Assembly (NCBI GenBank): GCA_027327085.1 | Contig: DAHWAT010000001.1 | Span: 3,867-67,866, forward strand | DNA: 64,000 bases | Source: Candidatus Saccharimonadota bacterium | GTDB taxonomy: Bacteria > Patescibacteriota > Saccharimonadia > Saccharimonadales > UBA4665 | Direction: 5' to 3' | Shown: one piece after another, positions 57,676-64,000 of the stretch | Position numbering within the stretch: the first letter of the stretch is position 1 | Layout of the letters: each line of letters begins with the position of its first letter | Made by a program: the position numbers and the translations under genes | Notes under the pieces: model-generated | Database searches by the model: none | The model's input: only the letters and a program-made list of their open reading frames with translations | What the model was told of the DNA's origin: nothing

Positions 57676-58288
57676 TCAGTATTAAGACTATCAGCGGCAC
57701 AAGTAAGTTGTCTAAGCCTTGAATCGATATATTTTCAATGATTGTAGCAATTAAACTAACTAGCAGTAGATAAAAATAGCTAAAAGTTAAGTGACCTAGA
57801 AGATGAAAAACTATAAGTAAACCGAGCGATGTCACAAAAAAAGTTAATGTTCCAATGATGCTTTTGGTGCTGCCGTTAATTTTGTACTGATTGGATTTAC
57901 CGTATTTAGTTCCAAGTACCGCCGCTAAGCCATCAGCCAAAGACATTTGTAACAAACTAGTAGCATAAAGCCATTTATTGTTAGTTATAAATGCTAATAG
58001 GCCTACACTAATTGCAAAAAATACTTCTCCCAAGGTATGTCTTTCAACTTGATGAATAGATTTAAAGAGGCTGAAATGTTTTGAAATAATAACTACACCT
58101 AAATAGGCTAGGCTTAGATACTTAATTGTTTGAAAAGGCAAGAAAAACGGCCAAAAAGCCGAAAAAGTTCCAATTAAAATGTGAACTAGTTTACGATTTA
58201 ACTCGTTATGCTTGTTGCGTTTACGCCAATATAGCTCATTGAGGCAAAGTACTATAAAGATTGTAATTAAAGTAATAAGTATTTTCAC
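57668..58288 (-). CDS. Phytol/dolichol (polyprenol) kinase family protein
   Basis: RKLVHI, ADGLAA..G..YG, KS..G, G.DNL.VP. Confidence 0.85.
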   Translation of the reverse strand: MKILITLITIFIVLCLNELYWRKRNKHNELNRKLVHILIGTFSAFWPFFLPFQTIKYLSLAYLGVVIISKHFSLFKSIHQVERHTLGEVFFAISVGLLAFITNNKWLYATSLLQMSLADGLAAVLGTKYGKSNQYKINGSTKSIIGTLTFFVTSLGLLIVFHLLGHLTFSYFYLLLVSLIATIIENISIQGLDNLLVPLIVLILIK

Positions 58289-58573
58289 TACTGCTTATTT
58301 TAACTGTATTTTAGATTTTATTTAGAATAATCTTTTAAAACTGATTTTTAGTTTAATCAGACGACTTGCTTTAACTAAAGAGTCTTTTGTGCTTAAGTCC
58401 TCAAATATCAGTTTAACCCTAGAGAAATCCTGGCCAGTTTTTAAAGAATACACGCCAATCGATACATTGTTTAGGCAGAGCAGTTACTTATTATAACTAT
58501 ATCGATAAGTCACAGTTAGTAAGTGTCTAAATTGTGCCATAAAGGCTTCTCTGCTAAGCAGAAGCCATGGACT

Positions 58574-58650
58574 TGGTCGGGGTGAGAGGACTTGAACCTC
58601 CGACCTCAGCGTCCCGAACGCTGCGCGCTACCAGGCTGCGCTACACCCCG
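58574..58650 (-). tRNA. tRNA-Pro(CGG)
   Basis: CAGCG-TT-CGG-GA-CGCTG; CCA. Confidence 0.96.
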
Positions 58651-59526
58651 TTAGAGATTAAAGAATACCATAAATAAGCCAAAAGCAATGCAGTAGACTG
58701 CAAATGGCTTCAGCCTTTTAGTCTGGAAGTATTTATCTAGGAAACGTACCGATAAATAACAGGCCAAAAAAGCCAGGATAGCGCCCACCAAGACTTGTCC
58801 TCGGACGCCATTACCATTATGCCCAATCAGATCTGGTAATTTATAAATACCAGCCGCAAGTATAATTGGGGTAGCTAGAAGGAAAGAGAATCTAGCTGAA
58901 TCTTCATAATCAAGACCGCTGTATAATCCACTTACCATAGTTATACCTGATCGACTTATGCCAGCAATAAGAGCAAAAACTTGAGCTACACCAATAAGCC
59001 CGGCTCTGGTTTTAGTAATACTTTTAGCCGTATGAGCGACTGTCGAATTCAAGTTAAAATCTTTACGTCTTTCTGATTGTTTTCTAACATATGCATCTCC
59101 CGCTAACAGTATTAGTCCATTTACTACCAAGAAAACTGCAGCTGCTAGAGGTTTTGCAAACTGGGACCGTAAAATTTTTTCTAATGCTAAAGCTGTTATA
59201 CCGGCTGGTATGGTAGCAATGATTAGTAACCAAATTAAGCGTTCATGGCTGTTACTAATCCTTCTATTTTTAACAGACGAAAAGAAGCCTTGGATTAACT
59301 TATACCACTGTTTTCGATAAAAAACGAAGAGTGCTAATGCGGTTGCTACGTGTAGGGCTATTATAAATGTTAGGAAAAATGATTGGCTTTTAGGTTCATT
59401 GTTAACAATATTAGTCCAGCCTAAAAGGTTCGGGATAAGTACATTATGGCCTAAGCTAGATATAGGAAAGGGCTCAGTTATGCCCTGAACTATGCCTAGG
59501 ATAATAGCTTGGATATAGGTTAGCAC
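58651..59526 (-). CDS. uppP: Undecaprenyl-diphosphatase
   Basis: QGITE.FPISS.GH, GISRSG.T, ARFSFLLA.P. Confidence 0.93.
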   Translation of the reverse strand: MLTYIQAIILGIVQGITEPFPISSLGHNVLIPNLLGWTNIVNNEPKSQSFFLTFIIALHVATALALFVFYRKQWYKLIQGFFSSVKNRRISNSHERLIWLLIIATIPAGITALALEKILRSQFAKPLAAAVFLVVNGLILLAGDAYVRKQSERRKDFNLNSTVAHTAKSITKTRAGLIGVAQVFALIAGISRSGITMVSGLYSGLDYEDSARFSFLLATPIILAAGIYKLPDLIGHNGNGVRGQVLVGAILAFLACYLSVRFLDKYFQTKRLKPFAVYCIAFGLFMVFFNL

Positions 59527-59640
59527 TGCTATATTCTAGCATATCAGTAATATTTAGGTAATTCAGGTTTATTAGTTTTTAACGATTGATAATAGTGAGA
59601 CTATAAATCATACTATAACCATTAGTATTAGTGAATTTTT

Positions 59641-61398
59641 ATGATAATAAAAACTTTAGCCAGTCTCATTAACTTAAATCACCCCCAACAATATTTTCAC
59701 TGGTCTATCTTCACTATATCGGTTGCTAATCTTATTATTATTGCTTTAATGTTTATCATTTTTGGTCTAGCCATTATTCTGCCATTTCCTAAGTCTAAAA
59801 TATTTGCTGCTCAAGAAGAGCCAAAATTAGACAATAAACCAGTAGATGAAGAAGATAAGAAAATGTGGACTTATCGGCTAAGAGGTTTATTTGTAAGAAT
59901 TTTACCCCCTGGTAAGTTGCTCCCAGATAGGCAGCCAGCCTACGTAGCCTCCTGGATATACGTGTTTGGCGTTGCCACCCTGGCCGCCTTTGGGCTAGTT
60001 ACCTTATCGGGTATTGCTTTAGCCATAGGTGGAGTAAATTGGTGGCATGAAAGCTCTTTAGGCCATTTTGTTAATAGTATTCACTTATGGAGTGTTGAGC
60101 TATTTATGGCTTTCATGGTTATACATCTTTGGGGTAAGTTTTGGATGGCTGCATGGCGCGGTAAGCGGGCTTTAACCTGGATGACAGGTGTATTAGCTTT
60201 TGGCATATCCATTATAGAGTGCTTTACCGGATATCTATCGCAGCAAAATTTTGATTCTCAATGGATTGCAACTAACGGTAAAGACGCTATTAATGCTACT
60301 GGGCTGGGGTCATTTTTCAACTTAATGAATTTTGGACAGATGTTAACCTGGCACATTGTTGTTATACCTGTTTTATTAATATCCTTTATTGTCATTCATG
60401 TAGTTTTAGTAAGAGTTAAGGGAGTATCTCATCCAATTCAAAAAGCAAAAGGCAAAACTGCCAAAAAGGCCTTAAAAGTGGCTGAGGCATCTTCGTGGCG
60501 TGGCCCAACAAGGCGTTACGACATCTTAAAGGAAGGTTTCACTGCCGTCATTATTGTTGCTATCCTAGCTTTTTTACTGGCCAGCACTTTATCGTCACCT
60601 GATTCACCGCCAATTAGTATTGCCACATGGGCTAAAATAGCCCCGGCCGACTTTATTGGTACTGCTGCTAGTGAGTTAGCTGGAACGAGCATGACGGCTA
60701 ATTATGGTCCTCCCTACAATCATGGTACTAGGTATGCTCAAAAACTTATTGTGTCGTGGCAAACAATTGGCGGTGTTCATGAGCCTATCAATACAGCCAA
60801 AACTTTCGTAATTGAGCCTCTTACGGCTGATTCTTCCGATAACCCAAAACTCGCTCGAGCAATTAAGCAATATGTGGATGCGCCAAAAGCGCAACAACAA
60901 ATCTGGGTAAATAATTATCTAAAGGTTATTCCTAAGATTACCTTCAAAAACTCAGTGCCTTTAGTCCCCAAAGCTAACGATGGTCCAGTACCAATAATGC
61001 TGTCCGACGAGCTGGCTCTTGCTCAAAGTGGAGCGATTGACTCAAACTTACTAGCACAACAACCCTTCTATAACACCAATTACACAAAACCTTTGTTGTT
61101 TATAGAGGACGGCAGCTATTTCTCATCAGTAGCACAATCGGAACATCTAACGGGGTCACAGTGGGGAGTTATGAACGAAACTGGCTCTTACCCGGGACAA
61201 CCTTGGCTATGGCTATATACGCTTTGGTATCAAATACCAAGTTTTAGTAAATCAGCTAACGTTGATCTTATAGCTATTTACTTAACAGGAACAGCAACTC
61301 TACTATTACTACTTGTGCCTTTTATACCCGGCGTAAGGGATATTCCAAAAATAATACCTATATATAAGCTGATTTGGAAAAAACCTAAAAAAGTATAA
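59641..61398 (+). CDS. Cytochrome b N-terminal domain fused to large extracytoplasmic domain
   Basis: His pairs SIHLW...MVIHLW and WHIV...VIHVV; TW.TG, FTGYL. Confidence 0.8.
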   Translation: MIIKTLASLINLNHPQQYFHWSIFTISVANLIIIALMFIIFGLAIILPFPKSKIFAAQEEPKLDNKPVDEEDKKMWTYRLRGLFVRILPPGKLLPDRQPAYVASWIYVFGVATLAAFGLVTLSGIALAIGGVNWWHESSLGHFVNSIHLWSVELFMAFMVIHLWGKFWMAAWRGKRALTWMTGVLAFGISIIECFTGYLSQQNFDSQWIATNGKDAINATGLGSFFNLMNFGQMLTWHIVVIPVLLISFIVIHVVLVRVKGVSHPIQKAKGKTAKKALKVAEASSWRGPTRRYDILKEGFTAVIIVAILAFLLASTLSSPDSPPISIATWAKIAPADFIGTAASELAGTSMTANYGPPYNHGTRYAQKLIVSWQTIGGVHEPINTAKTFVIEPLTADSSDNPKLARAIKQYVDAPKAQQQIWVNNYLKVIPKITFKNSVPLVPKANDGPVPIMLSDELALAQSGAIDSNLLAQQPFYNTNYTKPLLFIEDGSYFSSVAQSEHLTGSQWGVMNETGSYPGQPWLWLYTLWYQIPSFSKSANVDLIAIYLTGTATLLLLLVPFIPGVRDIPKIIPIYKLIWKKPKKV

Positions 61399-61482
61399 TG
61401 ATTATTGTTCTTAAGATTCAGTTTTCTATCTTACGAGCAAAATATACCTAACCAGGTTAGTTAGACCTTAGCGACGTTATGC

Positions 61483-62292
61483 TTAAAGATAGTTTACGCT
61501 ACTTAAAATTTTTACAGCAGTTTTTACTTCACTATTACCAAACCAGGCTTGAGCAGCTGAAGTCGTGCTAAAGTTTAAGTAATTACTGCCCGTACTATTA
61601 TTAAGTGAGCCGACATTAATACACTGTAAATTACTTGGGTTGGTAGATTTTGAGTTCATAAAGAAACCAGCTGTGGCTTCATCGGTGATACCCGTAGTGT
61701 TAGTTTGTACACCAGGAGTGATATTGTTTTGTGTTACAACCGAAGTGGATGTAAGGTATAAGTTTTCTGAAATATTACTGCTACTACTGCCTTGATACGA
61801 CGATATGGCCTCTACAATCTTAAAGTTTGAATTTGAGCTAGGGGATGTTACTGACAATATATCATCTGTGTATGTTCCTGGAGCTGGTGCCATTAATTCT
61901 GTGCAATAAGGCTGGTACTGAACTACTACATTACCTGAAGGACTCATAATGTTGGCTTCGTGTGTATTAAGAGAATTTGAAACTGGCTCTACCGTAGTTT
62001 TAAGTATCCAGTTAGATGGATATTTTAGACAAAGCCCTCCGAACTTAGAGCAATAAGTATCCCAACCCGCGTATAAATTAGCTACAGATTCTGGTTTTGA
62101 AGTAGTTGACTTAGTCGAATTTGGAGATGAGCTGGTCATTTTATTTGCAGTATTTGATGTTACGGTTGTCTTAGTTTTATGATTAGTGTGATAAACATAA
62201 TAACCGCCAAAGCCTATGACAGCCAATATAAGCACTATTAACATAGCTTCTACTGCGGTAAAACCTAATTCATTTTTATTTAATTTGCCCAC
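61483..62292 (-). CDS. Type IV pilin-like surface protein
   Basis: NELG|FTAVE + TM; S/T linker; W.TY......LKYP.NW. Confidence 0.75.
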   Translation of the reverse strand: MGKLNKNELGFTAVEAMLIVLILAVIGFGGYYVYHTNHKTKTTVTSNTANKMTSSSPNSTKSTTSKPESVANLYAGWDTYCSKFGGLCLKYPSNWILKTTVEPVSNSLNTHEANIMSPSGNVVVQYQPYCTELMAPAPGTYTDDILSVTSPSSNSNFKIVEAISSYQGSSSSNISENLYLTSTSVVTQNNITPGVQTNTTGITDEATAGFFMNSKSTNPSNLQCINVGSLNNSTGSNYLNFSTTSAAQAWFGNSEVKTAVKILSSVNYL

Positions 62293-62951
62293 TACTTACT
62301 CCCTTGCCGATTATTACCTAAATTATCCAGTTTATTTTATTTAAAAACAAGCATTTTTCTCAATTGCCTTTGACGACTGGTCATTATAATAGTCCTAATA
62401 CCAACTAGTAGGCACAAATCTCAAAAAGTAAAAGTCTTATCTCATTGCCGCCGTACACAGCTTGCGTTCTCGCATAAGTGTTAATCCAGCAAAAACGCTT
62501 GGTTTTTAAGTAATAAACGAAAATGCTAGAAAGTTCTTTATAAACTTCAATATTAAGTCTGTTGGTAAGGGTCAAAAACAGAGCTATCTGAAATTACTGA
62601 TTTGCTCAAGAAACCTTGGTATGACTTCGTATAAAGCCAAACGGTCCGTTAAGAGGAGTTGTTTTTGTATGGGATGAGGTATCATAGAAACACCCACAAA
62701 TAATATTAATTTGCTCTCTTAGTTCATCTTGTAAGAGTAGTAATGGCCATCATCATTAAGCCAGTTTAGTTCCAAGCCTTCATCAATATCTACAAATCTT
62801 CCATACGACTGAGTGCGTTATTGCCACCAGTCTGTTGAGGATGTAACGTAATTAAACTTCGCTCCGTCACTTCAACCCCAAGCATCAAATCTTGTCTGCA
62901 AATATCTTACAGAACAAAGCCGCTGTCTTTACGATACTCAGGCTCAATTTC

Positions 62952-63482
62952 TTAGCTTTTAATGGCTTCTGTCATGCGAGCCTCAAAACTTCGTACAGCT
63001 TCTTCTATAAACGGTACTTGGGTGTCTACAATACTTTCGGGAAGGTTGTCTGCTGGATAAAAACTACCGACAGACGGTTCGCCAAGCACTTCTGAATAAA
63101 ATACCAAGGCCGACTCCATGCCTCTGTTGCCTTTATGTAAGGTATTATTTACAAACTGCGGCCTTGCGGTGTTTACGTCACCAAGTTCGTTGGCGATTCT
63201 CTGAAAGGCACTTTCATAGCTGTTTTCTTCGTCTGTTGCCAACACAACCGTGCCAGGAGTGTGCAGCATACCAGGCCAGTTAGGGTCATCCTCTTCTCTC
63301 TTAGTTAATAAGACTTCCGTTTTACCAGATGCTCCTTTGCGTAATGGCACAACCTCAACTATGGGCGTTACCACTAGTCTGGTTACTTCATAAAAAACTT
63401 CTTTTGGCAGGAAACCAGGTTGAAGTTTACTCAAAAGGCTTGCTATTGTTTGTGCTTCTTCGGTTTCTAATTGTTCGTTCAT
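62952..63482 (-). CDS. NUDIX-like hydrolase
   Basis: VLLTKRE..D..WPG..H.PG.V...E....A..R...ELG. Confidence 0.7.
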   Translation of the reverse strand: MNEQLETEEAQTIASLLSKLQPGFLPKEVFYEVTRLVVTPIVEVVPLRKGASGKTEVLLTKREEDDPNWPGMLHTPGTVVLATDEENSYESAFQRIANELGDVNTARPQFVNNTLHKGNRGMESALVFYSEVLGEPSVGSFYPADNLPESIVDTQVPFIEEAVRSFEARMTEAIKS

Positions 63483-63564
63483 ATCTAAATAGTATAGCAA
63501 CTATTCATCAGTTCATGGACAGTTAAAATACAATATTATACATACCTAATAATCAAATTTACCG

Positions 63565-63641
63565 TGGTCGGGGTGAGAGGACTTGAACCTCCGACCTCCG
63601 CGTCCCAAACGCGGCGCGCTAGCCAACTGCGCCACACCCCG
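63565..63641 (-). tRNA. tRNA-Pro(TGG)
   Basis: CCGCG-TT-TGG-GA-CGCGG; CCA. Confidence 0.96.
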
Positions 63642-63701
63642 AAGTATCTGTAGATTATACAAAATATTTAAAGACTATACCAATAAATATTATGTAGTTA
63701 A

Positions 63702-64000
63702 TCAAATTAAGAATTGTATGGGCTGAATACTTTTAGACTTATTAGAGGTTTCAGTTTCAATTAAAACAGCGTTAAATTGTTTTGGTCCAGTTGTTTCAAT
63801 TTTATTTCTGGTTGCTATACCGTCTCGCCATCTAGTGATTACACTATCAAACGAAACACCTAGAGAACTGTTAAGTGTGCCGCACATGCCTACATCAGAT
63901 ATGTGAGCAGTCCCATTTGTCAAAATACGCGCATCGGCTGTAGGCACATGCCAATGATCGCCTATTACGGCACTAACTCTACCGTCAAGATAATACCCTA
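63702..64000 (-). CDS. YmdB-like metallophosphoesterase (5' part outside window)
   Basis: LDGRVSAVIGDHWHVPTAD..IL..GTA.ISDVGMCG. Confidence 0.85.
   Translation of the reverse strand, partial: GYYLDGRVSAVIGDHWHVPTADARILTNGTAHISDVGMCGTLNSSLGVSFDSVITRWRDGIATRNKIETTGPKQFNAVLIETETSNKSKSIQPIQFLI

Noticed and set aside
58298..58540. Possible interrupted ORF between tRNA-Pro and the kinase gene
   Set aside because: Early in-frame stop and no recognisable similarity
1294..63526. Many short antisense or alternate-frame ORFs in the track (e.g. 11319-11564, 27984-28355, 45995-46408, 55941-56423)
   Set aside because: They lie within well-supported genes and show no motifs
58574..63641. Identical 3' portions of the two tRNA-Pro genes as attL/attR of a 5-kb island
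   Set aside because: Both are complete tRNAs with different anticodons, and the enclosed DNA includes uppP; ordinary isoacceptor similarity

Overview
AT-rich bacterial chromosome segment whose gene content suggests Patescibacteria (CPR), probably Saccharibacteria. This is inferred from HTH-MurA, MurD-MurL, a VirD4/TraD-like ATPase, pilin-like proteins and many apparently leaderless genes. It carries housekeeping genes (rsmA, pcrA, tpiA, pgk, folD, argS, glyA, murA/B/D/L, uppP, msrA), 8 tRNAs, an ApbE flavinylation/electron-transfer cluster and a cytochrome b-like fusion protein. Two things are not explained by ordinary annotation. (1) Integrase-free arrays of short gene cassettes (four toxin-antitoxin pairs, HAD, methyltransferase, TrmB pair) sit at tRNA 3' ends. 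They are separated by att-like repeats with the geometry GTT[CG]-N22-CCA, versus GTTC-N17-CCA in the tRNA, a 5-bp shift like serine-integrase attP versus attB. (2) A 1.6-kb unit (9387-10999) bounded by 25-bp inverted repeats holds one GC-rich secreted-protein gene wrapped in strand-specific RNA hairpins, directly downstream of the coupling-type ATPase. All family calls come from motif recognition by eye; no searches were run.
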